Shown piece by piece: positions 49,857 to 58,419 of a stretch of 64,000 nucleotides of DNA (position 1 is its first letter; the number at the start of each line of letters is the position of its first letter). The DNA is from Ignavibacteriota bacterium. GTDB taxonomy: Bacteria; Bacteroidota; Ignavibacteria; UBA10030; UBA6906. The notes under the pieces are model-generated. The model was not told where the DNA came from, made no database searches, and saw only the letters and a list, made by a program, of their open reading frames with translations. The stretch is taken from positions 2,912,001 through 2,976,000 of the forward strand of contig CAWDEM010000008.1 of the NCBI GenBank assembly GCA_963801355.1, given 5' to 3'. A program made the position numbers and the translations under genes.

Positions 49857-50504
49857 GTGAACACTCTGGACTTTCCGACTATTGCAAAAATGCTCCCTGG
49901 AATCGTGGCCGGATTGACGTGTCATGAATTCATGCACGGATATGTCGCCTACCGTTGCGGCGATCCGACCGCCCGCGATGACGGCCGGTTATCGCTCAAT
50001 CCGCTCCGCCACATTGACTGGATGGGGTTTCTGTTCATCGTGGTCGCAGGGTTCGGATGGGCCAAACCGGTCCGCTTCAACCGGGAGTACCTCCGGAATC
50101 CGCGTAGGGATGAGATACTGATTTCTCTTGCAGGACCGTTTGCCAACCTGGTGCTGGGTGTCCTGCTCTCGGTCTTCCTGCGACTGATGCTCCTGGTACG
50201 CCCGTTTGACGGGGACCCCCTGTATAGTGTTTTTCTGGATGTCCTGATCGTGGGTGCGTACGTGAACTACGGGCTATTCGTTTTTAACTTGCTTCCACTC
50301 CCCCCGCTGGATGGGTCACACGTCTTCTTTCAATCGCTGCGGTTGCGCGACGAGACCGTGAACAAGCTGTACCGGTACGGCATTTTCGTTCTCTTCGGCA
50401 TCCTGCTGCTCGAAAGCCAGGCCAACATCAGCATTCTTCCCGTGGGAGTCGCCGTCCGCTGGATCGCCAATACGGTCTTCTCGTTGCTCGGGTTTTCCCT
50501 GTGA
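49857..50504 (+). CDS. Site-2 protease (M50 family)
   Basis: HEFMH, GDPTA, NPLRHID, AGPFAN, FNLLPLPPLDG; GTG start 6 nt after a TCGACA-17-TATATT promoter. Confidence 0.9.
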   Translation: MNTLDFPTIAKMLPGIVAGLTCHEFMHGYVAYRCGDPTARDDGRLSLNPLRHIDWMGFLFIVVAGFGWAKPVRFNREYLRNPRRDEILISLAGPFANLVLGVLLSVFLRLMLLVRPFDGDPLYSVFLDVLIVGAYVNYGLFVFNLLPLPPLDGSHVFFQSLRLRDETVNKLYRYGIFVLFGILLLESQANISILPVGVAVRWIANTVFSLLGFSL

Positions 50505-51541
50505 GAAAGCATGACACACCTGCACACCGACCTCCGATGTCATCGATGAATCCTCACACATCCAATCCCGCCGGCGACGTATACAAGATCATGTTCGATC
50601 AGGCTCCCGATGCAATGTTCATCATCGACTCTGACGACACGGTGCGCGAAGTCAATGCAGCGGCATGTGCTCTCACGGGATTCACACTGCAGGAATTGGC
50701 CGGACTGCCGCTCGTCAACCTCTTCGCCGGAACTGCTGCTGCGAACGGTCCCGCACATGATCACCCGCCGGCGGAACGCCCAGCGGCGCACCGCGAACAA
50801 CAGCTCCGCAAAAAAGATGGCAGTGTCATCACCGTGGAGACCGGCATGTGCCAGCTTCCCGGCGGACAGCGATACGCAATCGTCCGTGATGTCACGGCGT
50901 TCAAAGCCGCCCAGCTCCGCCTCCTCGCGGCAATTGAGGAGAAAGAGACGCTGCTGAAGGAAGTCCATCACCGCGTCAAGAACAACCTGCAGATTGTCTC
51001 CAGCCTGCTGAATCTCCAGGCAAGCGAGATCAACGACGAGACCCTGTTCGAAATGTTCAAAGAGAGCCAGAACAGAATCCAGTCCCTCGCGTTGCTCCAC
51101 GAGAAACTCTATCAGACGCGGAACCTGGCACAGGTGGATTTCCTTGACTACCTGCAGAGCATGACGATGCAACTCGGGCGTTCATACGAGCGGGGCGGAG
51201 TGACCTGGCAGGTCGAGGGTGATCCCGTCATCCTCGGCGTCGATCAGGCGATCCCCTGCGGCCTGATCGTCAACGAGCTGGTGTCCAATGCCATGAAACA
51301 CGCGTTTGTGGGCCGGGAGCGGGGAACCCTCACGGTGGGCTTTCACAGTGTGCCGGATGGCAAAGTGGAGCTGCGCGTGCAGGATGACGGCATCGGATTT
51401 CCGGAAGGCGTCGATTTCCGCAACCTGGAATCCATGGGGATGGTCCTCGTCATGTCACTCGTCGAACAGATCGACGCCAGCATCACACTGGACCGCACGG
51501 GAGGATCTCTCTTCACCGTGCGATTCACCCCTCACCCGTAA
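50501..51541 (+). CDS. PAS-domain sensor histidine kinase (HisKA_2 type)
   Basis: PAS (VNAAACALTG, RKKDGS); EVHHRVKNNLQ; NELVSNAMKHAF; DDGIG. Confidence 0.9.
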   Translation: MRKHDTPAHRPPMSSMNPHTSNPAGDVYKIMFDQAPDAMFIIDSDDTVREVNAAACALTGFTLQELAGLPLVNLFAGTAAANGPAHDHPPAERPAAHREQQLRKKDGSVITVETGMCQLPGGQRYAIVRDVTAFKAAQLRLLAAIEEKETLLKEVHHRVKNNLQIVSSLLNLQASEINDETLFEMFKESQNRIQSLALLHEKLYQTRNLAQVDFLDYLQSMTMQLGRSYERGGVTWQVEGDPVILGVDQAIPCGLIVNELVSNAMKHAFVGRERGTLTVGFHSVPDGKVELRVQDDGIGFPEGVDFRNLESMGMVLVMSLVEQIDASITLDRTGGSLFTVRFTPHP

Positions 51542-51592
51542 ACCACCTCACTCGAAGACCACCTCACCCGTAGACCACCTCACCGTCGACCA
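51530..51592. repeat. 16-bp tandem repeat x3 plus a 15-bp variant spanning two convergent stop codons
   Basis: CCTCACCCGTAAACCA / CCTCACTCGAAGACCA / CCTCACCCGTAGACCA / CCTCACCGTCGACCA. Confidence 0.7.
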
Positions 51593-53147
51593 CGGTCATC
51601 ACCACACGCACATTGCGGATTTCCGCCGGCGGGACGGAGAATATGTTCTCCGACAGAACGACCATGTCCGCCATCTTTCCGGGTTCCAGAGTTCCCTTGA
51701 GATGTTCTTCGAATGCGGCGAACGCATTGTTCACCGTGTAGCACCTCACCGCTTCTTCGACGGTGAGGCGTTGCTCGGGGAACCATCCTCCGGGCCGCTT
51801 CCCGTCAAGGGTCGCCCGCGTCACCGCGGCGTAGATTCCCTGGATCGCATCGAACGGGGCGACCGTCCAATCACTCCCGAAGCATACGCGCACGCCGGCA
51901 TCAAGGAACGATTTGAACGCGTAGGTTGTCCTGGCACGCACAGGCCCGATCCGCTGTTCGGCCCAGACGCCGTCATCGATGCAGTGATAGGGCTGGGCTG
52001 ACACCACTACGCCGAGTGAGGAGAACCGCTGGATGTCCTCTGTTCTCACGTGCTGGGCGTGTTCGATCCGGAAGCGCCGGTCCCATGCCGGGTTCGTCCG
52101 GATGATCTCTTCGAAAAGCGAGAGAATGGCATCATTGGCGCGGTCACCGATCGCATGGATGGAAAGCTGCAGACCATGCCGGTCGGCCTCCAGCGCCCAC
52201 TCCCGGAGCCGCCCGCTGGTCAGCACCTCCATTGCAAGCCCCGTCGTGGTCGGCGCGTTGAGATACGGCTCGAAGAACCATGCGGTGTTCGATCCCAGGG
52301 ATCCGTCTGCAAACGCCTTCAGGGATCCCACCTTGACAAATTCCGTTCCGTGCGCGCGGCGGACGCGTTCGCGGACAAGTCTCATCATGCCGGCGATCGG
52401 CAACCGCGCATAAATGCGGCAGGTGAGCTTTCCTGCGCCTTCGAGTTTGTGATAGAAGGGGATGTGCTCTTCTTCCGAGATATCGTGCACCGACGTGATG
52501 CCGTTTCTCCGTGCCACATCGAGCGCCTGCAGTATGGAACGCTCCACCTCATTGGGCGTGGGGCGCGGGATCACGCGGGTGACCAGATCCATGGCGGCGT
52601 CTTTGAGGATACCGGTGGGTTCGCCTGTCGCCGGGTCCCGTTCGATGGTTCCCCCGGGCGGATCCGGCGTCTCCCGGGTGATGCCCGCCTGGCGCAGGGC
52701 GACACTGTTGGCGAGCGCCATGTGCCAGTCAAGCCGGTTGATGAATACGGGAGTGTCGGGAGAAACAGGATCGATCACGTCGCGGTCGGGGAGCTGTTTC
52801 ACATCCCACCCCTCCTGATCCCAGTCTCCGCCGGACACCCAGGTTCCCGGGTGGGTCTTGATAAAAGCCGCCAGGGTTTCCGCCACCTCTGCGGTTGATC
52901 TGCACTGGCGCAGGTGCAATCCGTCCACCTGCGAACCGCCCAGCACGAAGTGCACATGGTCATCGATGAACCCCGGGAGCATCAGCTGTCCGTGCAGATC
53001 GATCACTTCTGCACCAGATCCGGCGAACTGTCGCGCACCGGCGGAAGACCCCACGAAGACTATCCTGCCGCCTTTGGTCACAACAGCTTCGGCCCGGGGA
53101 ATCGCATCGTGCATTGTGCGCACGACGCCGTTGACGAAACATTTCAT
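51564..53147 (-). CDS. YtcJ-like amidohydrolase (Amidohydro_3)
   Basis: PGFIDDHVH, KAFADGSLGS, IHAIGDRA, RIEHAQ, GSDW, GTLEPGKMAD; AGGAG SD, ATGA overlap. Confidence 0.9.
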   Translation of the reverse strand: MKCFVNGVVRTMHDAIPRAEAVVTKGGRIVFVGSSAGARQFAGSGAEVIDLHGQLMLPGFIDDHVHFVLGGSQVDGLHLRQCRSTAEVAETLAAFIKTHPGTWVSGGDWDQEGWDVKQLPDRDVIDPVSPDTPVFINRLDWHMALANSVALRQAGITRETPDPPGGTIERDPATGEPTGILKDAAMDLVTRVIPRPTPNEVERSILQALDVARRNGITSVHDISEEEHIPFYHKLEGAGKLTCRIYARLPIAGMMRLVRERVRRAHGTEFVKVGSLKAFADGSLGSNTAWFFEPYLNAPTTTGLAMEVLTSGRLREWALEADRHGLQLSIHAIGDRANDAILSLFEEIIRTNPAWDRRFRIEHAQHVRTEDIQRFSSLGVVVSAQPYHCIDDGVWAEQRIGPVRARTTYAFKSFLDAGVRVCFGSDWTVAPFDAIQGIYAAVTRATLDGKRPGGWFPEQRLTVEEAVRCYTVNNAFAAFEEHLKGTLEPGKMADMVVLSENIFSVPPAEIRNVRVVMTVVDGEVVYG

Positions 53148-54484
53148 GATGTCTCCTGCACTATTCGACGACGGTATGCATAGTAGAAGTAGACCGGAAG
53201 ACCGGAGAGGATCAGTGCCAACGAGGCGAGGATCCCTCCGGTCGGGTAGGCCAGGAATGTCCCGACGGCAACATACAGCTGCGACGCCATGGCGAGCACC
53301 GCCATCACGCCCCACCAGGGTGCCCGGTACGTCGGTGCGTAGTCAGGCTTGCGCCGCAGGAAGAAGATAGCACCGTAGACAAGCCCGTTCTGCAAGGCGT
53401 ACGAAAGCGTGAAGTAACCCATCATGTTCTCGATGTCCCCGAGGAGGAACAGCGCAATTCCCAGGGCCGACTGAATGAGAATGGAGTAGTCGGGTGTGAG
53501 ATACTTCGGGTGGAGGTGTCCGAAGACACTGAAGAACAGGCCGTCCCGCGCGATGGCATACTCCAGGCGCGGCTGCGCCATGATGCTTGCGCTCAGGACA
53601 CCGACCATGGAAACAAACGCTGCCACGGCGAACATGGCGCCGGCGGCGTTCGCCTCCATGCCGAGGTAGCGGAACGGATTGATGAAATCCCCTCTGGCCG
53701 CAATCATCTGATCGAACGGCACGATTGCCGATGTGCACAATGCAATGAGTGTGTATGCAATCATGACAAACGCGAGAGAGCCGATGAGCGCCACGGGCAG
53801 TGTGCGTTCGGGCCGTTTCACCTCGCCCGCCATATACAGGATATTGGTGAAGCCCGCGTACGACCAGAGTGTGGACGAAATGCCGGCCGTGATCACGGCA
53901 AAGACCGAACCGTTGACCACAGCCGTCGTTCCCCCCGACAGATTCCCCGACCTGAGGTAGAAGAAGCCGATCATGACGATCGAAAGCAACGGCGTCAGTT
54001 TGGCAATGGTCAGCACGATTTGCAGGTTTCCGCCGGTGCGGACACTGCGATAATGCAGGAATGACAGTATGACAATCAACAGGGCGGCCAGAAACCGTGC
54101 TGTCACCGGGTCGCCGAACGCCGGGGAAAAGAAGGTGAGTGCGGACATTGCGCCGAGTGCGACAATGGTCAGCGTGGGCGTGTCGCTGGTCAGAAAGGCC
54201 GTCCATGTGTAGAGAAAGGCCAGGAAGGGCGAGCCGGCCTTGTGCAGGTAGAAGTATGCCCCGCCCTGAATAGGATAGGCGGTTCCCATCTCGGCAAGAA
54301 TCAGGATCTGGGGGATCCAGAGAACGCCTCCCAGAAACCAGATGAGCACGGACATAAGCGGACTGCCGCTGATCCGCGCCACGATCGGCAGACTCAAGAA
54401 AACACCCGAACCTATTACGGTACCCACCACAAGTGATGCGGTCTGCACAAGGGAAAGCTGGCGCTGCGGCGCGGGCGTACTCAT
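53144..54484 (-). CDS. APC-family permease, FrlA (fructoselysine permease)-like
   Basis: GSGVF, IPQ..AEMGTAYP, WSYAG, QPRLEYA, FGHLHPKY.TPD, GYFTL; these match E. coli FrlA as I recall its sequence. Confidence 0.85.
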   Translation of the reverse strand: MSTPAPQRQLSLVQTASLVVGTVIGSGVFLSLPIVARISGSPLMSVLIWFLGGVLWIPQILILAEMGTAYPIQGGAYFYLHKAGSPFLAFLYTWTAFLTSDTPTLTIVALGAMSALTFFSPAFGDPVTARFLAALLIVILSFLHYRSVRTGGNLQIVLTIAKLTPLLSIVMIGFFYLRSGNLSGGTTAVVNGSVFAVITAGISSTLWSYAGFTNILYMAGEVKRPERTLPVALIGSLAFVMIAYTLIALCTSAIVPFDQMIAARGDFINPFRYLGMEANAAGAMFAVAAFVSMVGVLSASIMAQPRLEYAIARDGLFFSVFGHLHPKYLTPDYSILIQSALGIALFLLGDIENMMGYFTLSYALQNGLVYGAIFFLRRKPDYAPTYRAPWWGVMAVLAMASQLYVAVGTFLAYPTGGILASLALILSGLPVYFYYAYRRRIVQETS

Positions 54485-54492
54485 GGTAGGTC

Positions 54493-54558
54493 AAAGTAGT
54501 ACAATCGCCGCAGAGGTGCAACGCCAGCCTTGCGTTTCGTTGGACTTCTCCCTATACT
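54493..54558. promoter_or_regulatory. Divergent sigma-70 promoters (permease / nagB)
   Basis: Minus: TTGCAC-17-TACTTT (54521-54493). Plus: TTGCGT-17-TATACT (54530-54558). Confidence 0.6.
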
Positions 54559-54586
54559 TTTCCCCAACAACTCACCGGGAGAGATT

Positions 54587-55351
54587 ATGCTGGTCATTGT
54601 GACGGACAACTATGATCTCATGAGCAAGGAAACGGCCAGGTTCGTCGCCGACCGTCTCCGGAAGAAACCCAACCTCGTGCTCGGCCTTGCCACCGGCAGC
54701 ACCCCGCTCGGCATGTACAAAGAATTGATACGGATGCACAGGGAAGAGGGACTCGATTTTTCCAAGGTCACCACATTCAATCTGGATGAATACGTCGGTG
54801 TTCCCCCTGAACACGATCAGAGCTATCACTACTTCATGTGGGAGAATCTGTTCAAACACATCAACATCGATGAACGGTATGTCCATATCCCGATGGGCAT
54901 GGCCAAAGACGTGGAACTCTTTTGTGAGTGGTATGAGCAGCGCATCAAGGAGTGCGGCGGCATCGATCTGCAGGTTCTCGGCATCGGCGCGAACGGGCAC
55001 ATCGCCTTCAATGAACCCGGCTCCTCACTCGGCTCGCGGACGCGCATCAAGACATTGACCGGGACAACCCGCCTGGACAACGCCCGCTTCTTCAAGAATC
55101 CTCAGGAAGTGCCGAAGTACGCGATCACCATGGGTGTCGGAACGATCATGGATGCCAAGGAAATCCTCCTGCTGGCTAACAAAGCCAGCAAGGCCGACGC
55201 CATCAAGGCCGCTGTGGAGGGACCGATCACCGCCATGTGTCCCGCATCGATCATCCAGTTGCACCAGCGAGCCCTTGTTGTTGTGGACAAGGAAGCTTCC
55301 TCGAAACTCGTAGGGCTTTACAACGATACCTGGGAACCGAAGATGTTCTAA
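54587..55351 (+). CDS. nagB: Glucosamine-6-phosphate deaminase
   Basis: GLATGSTP, FNLDEY, GIGANGHIAFNEPG, AITMGVGTI. Confidence 0.95.
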   Translation: MLVIVTDNYDLMSKETARFVADRLRKKPNLVLGLATGSTPLGMYKELIRMHREEGLDFSKVTTFNLDEYVGVPPEHDQSYHYFMWENLFKHINIDERYVHIPMGMAKDVELFCEWYEQRIKECGGIDLQVLGIGANGHIAFNEPGSSLGSRTRIKTLTGTTRLDNARFFKNPQEVPKYAITMGVGTIMDAKEILLLANKASKADAIKAAVEGPITAMCPASIIQLHQRALVVVDKEASSKLVGLYNDTWEPKMF

Positions 55352-55369
55352 GCGCACGGAGAGCGTACA

Positions 55370-56626
55370 ATGGCGGAATCACTCTGCATTTTTGAAGATC
55401 TCCACTACGAGCGCCTGCTTCCCCTTGTGTACATGCGCCCGGTCTATGACCTCCGGTGCGGCATCCTGACGCTCCGGGAAAAACTCGAACGCTGTTTTCC
55501 GGGCGTGCCGGTGCAGCTGCATGTGCGAGGGTACCTTGCCGATTTCCTCCGCGAACAGTATCCCCACCTCCCGGTCAATACCGTCAACACCGCAAGCTGT
55601 CTCTTCATTAACGGCCGCGTGCTGGCGGACCCGCAGTTCCTGGCGCAGGTGCCATTGCAGGGAGAAGACGCGGTGTACGTCGACGGGGAATCCGTGGTCG
55701 CCGCCCGGGTGAGCGGGAGCCGTCTCGAGCGCCTGAAGACTCACCTGCCCGATCTATTCGATGCGAAGCACTTCGACGGTCTCACGCGCACGGATGTCCG
55801 GATCACCATGATCCGTTACCCCTGGGATCTGGTGGGCAACAACGGCGCCCAGATCAGAGCCGACTTCGCAGTGCTGACGGCAGGCATGACGGAGAAGATC
55901 GCGGGCACAGTCTACGACGGCGTGCATCTACTTCAGCGCGACGCCATCTGCATCGAGGCAGGCGCAAAGGTGAAGCCGGGTGTCGTGCTCGACGCGGAGG
56001 GGGGACCGGTCTTCATCGCCCGGAACGCCAGAATCTTCCCGAATGCGGTGATCGAAGGGCCGGCATTCATCGGTGAAAGCTCACTGATCAAAGTCGGCGC
56101 AAAGATCTACGAGGATACCAGCATAGGCCCCGTGTGCAAGGTCGGCGGCGAGGTGGAGGCATCCATTATTCACGGCTACTCCAACAAGCAACACGACGGC
56201 TTCCTCGGCCATGCCTATCTCGGCAAGTGGGTCAATCTGGGAGCCGATACGAACAACAGCGATCTCAAGAACAATTATAGCAGCGTCCGTGTGTACATCA
56301 ACGGCAAGGAGGTGGATAGCGGGTCGACGTTTGTGGGGCTGACGATGGGCGATCACTCCAAAAGCGCCATCAACACGATGTTTAATACCGGAACGGTGGT
56401 CGGCGTGTCAAGCAATGTGTTTGGAGCGGGCTTTCCTCCAAAGTACATCCCTTCGTTTGCCTGGGGCGGCGCGGAAGAACTTACGACATATGATCCTGGC
56501 AAGAGTCTGGACGTTGCACGGCGGGTGATGGCACGGCGGAAAGTGGTCATGTCGGCGGAGGAGGAGCGGGTCTTCCGGCACGTCTTCGAACTCACACAGG
56601 AGGAACGAAAGCACGCAAAAATGTAG
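55370..56626 (+). CDS. GlmU-family putative sugar nucleotidyl/acetyltransferase (NTP_transf_4-type + left-handed beta-helix)
   Basis: LLPLVYMRPVYDLRCGILTLREK; GGEV, SNKQHDGFLGH, NLGADTNNSDLKNNY. Confidence 0.85.
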   Translation: MAESLCIFEDLHYERLLPLVYMRPVYDLRCGILTLREKLERCFPGVPVQLHVRGYLADFLREQYPHLPVNTVNTASCLFINGRVLADPQFLAQVPLQGEDAVYVDGESVVAARVSGSRLERLKTHLPDLFDAKHFDGLTRTDVRITMIRYPWDLVGNNGAQIRADFAVLTAGMTEKIAGTVYDGVHLLQRDAICIEAGAKVKPGVVLDAEGGPVFIARNARIFPNAVIEGPAFIGESSLIKVGAKIYEDTSIGPVCKVGGEVEASIIHGYSNKQHDGFLGHAYLGKWVNLGADTNNSDLKNNYSSVRVYINGKEVDSGSTFVGLTMGDHSKSAINTMFNTGTVVGVSSNVFGAGFPPKYIPSFAWGGAEELTTYDPGKSLDVARRVMARRKVVMSAEEERVFRHVFELTQEERKHAKM

Positions 56627-56640
56627 CTGCGTCCTTGCGA

Positions 56641-56659
56641 GTGGCGCCTCCGGCGCCAC
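56641..56659. terminator. Hairpin between convergent genes
   Basis: GTGGCGCC-TCC-GGCGCCAC; no U tract. Confidence 0.35.
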
Positions 56660-56692
56660 GAAGCAACCTCCTCGTTGAGAACTCGTAGTACC

Positions 56693-57394
56693 CTACAGTA
56701 CCTCCCTCACCTGTTTCTTTTCAAACGCATCCACATCAAACGCCACCGCATACGTGGTTCCCGCAACCGCTCCCCGGACCCGGGCGAGGGCGGTATAGTA
56801 GTCGAGGTACGCAAATGTGGAAATCCCCCCTTTAATGAACTCGTAGCCTGTCACCCAGGAGCGCCACGCTTCAAGTTCGGTGGATACATCCACCAGCATG
56901 TACGGCGTGAACCCTTCCGGATCTTCCCAGTTTTCCGTGTAGTAGATGCTACGGACACCGCGGTGGCGCTCGTGGCCGGTCTCCACAGCCTCCAGTGATG
57001 CGAGAAGCACGGCATCCATGGTGAGCTGATGTGCGGCAACATGGTCTTTGTGAATACTCGTCCGCCAGTGGGTGATGATATGCGTTGGCTTGACTCGCCG
57101 GATGACGCCGGCCACGAACAATCGGGCTTCATCCGATACCGGCAACTCGCCGTCGCGGTAGGGCCCGAACAACACCTCGGCGCCCATGGCCCGGGCGACG
57201 GTTTCCGCTTCACGGCGTTTCTGTGCCCCATACGCTGCAGGTGTCATGCGTGGATTGCCTCCCTCCCCGGGAGTCAGATGCAGCAGCACGACACGATCCC
57301 CTTTGCGGGCATGTTTGTACAGCACAGCCCCGCAGGAGACTTCCATGTCCCCCGCGTGCGCACCAACGGCAAGGAGTACTTTCGGTTCTTCCAT
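56693..57394 (-). CDS. PIG-L/LmbE family metalloenzyme (atypical HAGD motif)
   Basis: VGAHAGDME, LTPGEGG, RREA, THW...HKDH. Confidence 0.85.
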   Translation of the reverse strand: MEEPKVLLAVGAHAGDMEVSCGAVLYKHARKGDRVVLLHLTPGEGGNPRMTPAAYGAQKRREAETVARAMGAEVLFGPYRDGELPVSDEARLFVAGVIRRVKPTHIITHWRTSIHKDHVAAHQLTMDAVLLASLEAVETGHERHRGVRSIYYTENWEDPEGFTPYMLVDVSTELEAWRSWVTGYEFIKGGISTFAYLDYYTALARVRGAVAGTTYAVAFDVDAFEKKQVREVL

Positions 57395-57405
57395 TATGGT
57401 CTCAT

Positions 57406-58419
57406 TTAGCGTTTCGGTATCCAGGCCATGCAGATCCCGGAACTCAGGTCCCAGGCGTACCTGCCACGGCTTCCTTCATAGAGCATCACAAACCAGCTTC
57501 CGGCATCATGCAGCGCGGGATACCAGATTGCCCCGCCATCGGCCGTGCTGCGGGCCCCCCCGCCGAACACCGGGTTGCCGGGATGCCTTTCCCAATGCAG
57601 CATGTCGCGTGACCGCGCCAGCCCGAAGTAATCGGGCTCGTCAACACGATCCGCACTTCCGCCATAGAGCAGATAGAACCACTCACCGGATTTCCAGACA
57701 CGCGCGGTAATGATCGACTTAGCATCCCAGCGATTAGGTTGTCCGGAAAATACGGGCTTGTTTCCAAACGGAAAGAACTTCACGCCGTCGGTGGAGACCG
57801 CCAGGTAGAGTTTGTACCCCACAGTGTCGCGCTTGTGATAGAGGAGATAGAGTGTATCGCCCACAGCGATGGCATCCGGCGAACGCCCTTCCAGAACTTT
57901 TCCCACCTTGACGAACTGTTCGCCGTCATTGCTGGTTGCCAGGCCGATGCTGTGGGGACCGCGGCCGATGGCACCGTAGTAGAGATGCACGCGTCCCTTG
58001 AACCAGACAGCCGCAGGATCGCGCACCTCCTGATCATCAAATGCTCCCGGTGCCCCGACATCGATCACCGGAGAACCGTTGTTCAGGTCGCGGAAATTCA
58101 GCTGCATGGGAGCGAACGACAATACCTCCGCGACACCGATCCGGTCGTGGTAACCTTTCCCCTTCCGCGGCATGTTACCGTTGCCGCAGTAGTACAGCAG
58201 TAAGCGATCTCCAAACCCGAACAGCTCCGGGTCGGCGGTCCACCGGCTCTTCCAGGTCGATCCCGAGGGGGCAATCACCGGATTCTGGCTCTCCCGCGTC
58301 CACGCCATACAGTTTGCCGGGTAATCGTTGGAGAAAGTGTCCCAGAAAGTCTGTGCCTGGAGCACCGGCGCGAAAAGCAGCGCAAGAGCGCAGGCGAATC
58401 CCATCCGCCTCATACTCAC
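57406..58419 (-). CDS. Exported five-bladed beta-propeller glycosidase-like protein (GH32/43/130-like fold)
   Basis: Signal peptide; ADP, RDP, IGLATSNDG, LAVSTDG, GLARSRD..HWERHPGNPV. Confidence 0.75.
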   Translation of the reverse strand: MSMRRMGFACALALLFAPVLQAQTFWDTFSNDYPANCMAWTRESQNPVIAPSGSTWKSRWTADPELFGFGDRLLLYYCGNGNMPRKGKGYHDRIGVAEVLSFAPMQLNFRDLNNGSPVIDVGAPGAFDDQEVRDPAAVWFKGRVHLYYGAIGRGPHSIGLATSNDGEQFVKVGKVLEGRSPDAIAVGDTLYLLYHKRDTVGYKLYLAVSTDGVKFFPFGNKPVFSGQPNRWDAKSIITARVWKSGEWFYLLYGGSADRVDEPDYFGLARSRDMLHWERHPGNPVFGGGARSTADGGAIWYPALHDAGSWFVMLYEGSRGRYAWDLSSGICMAWIPKR

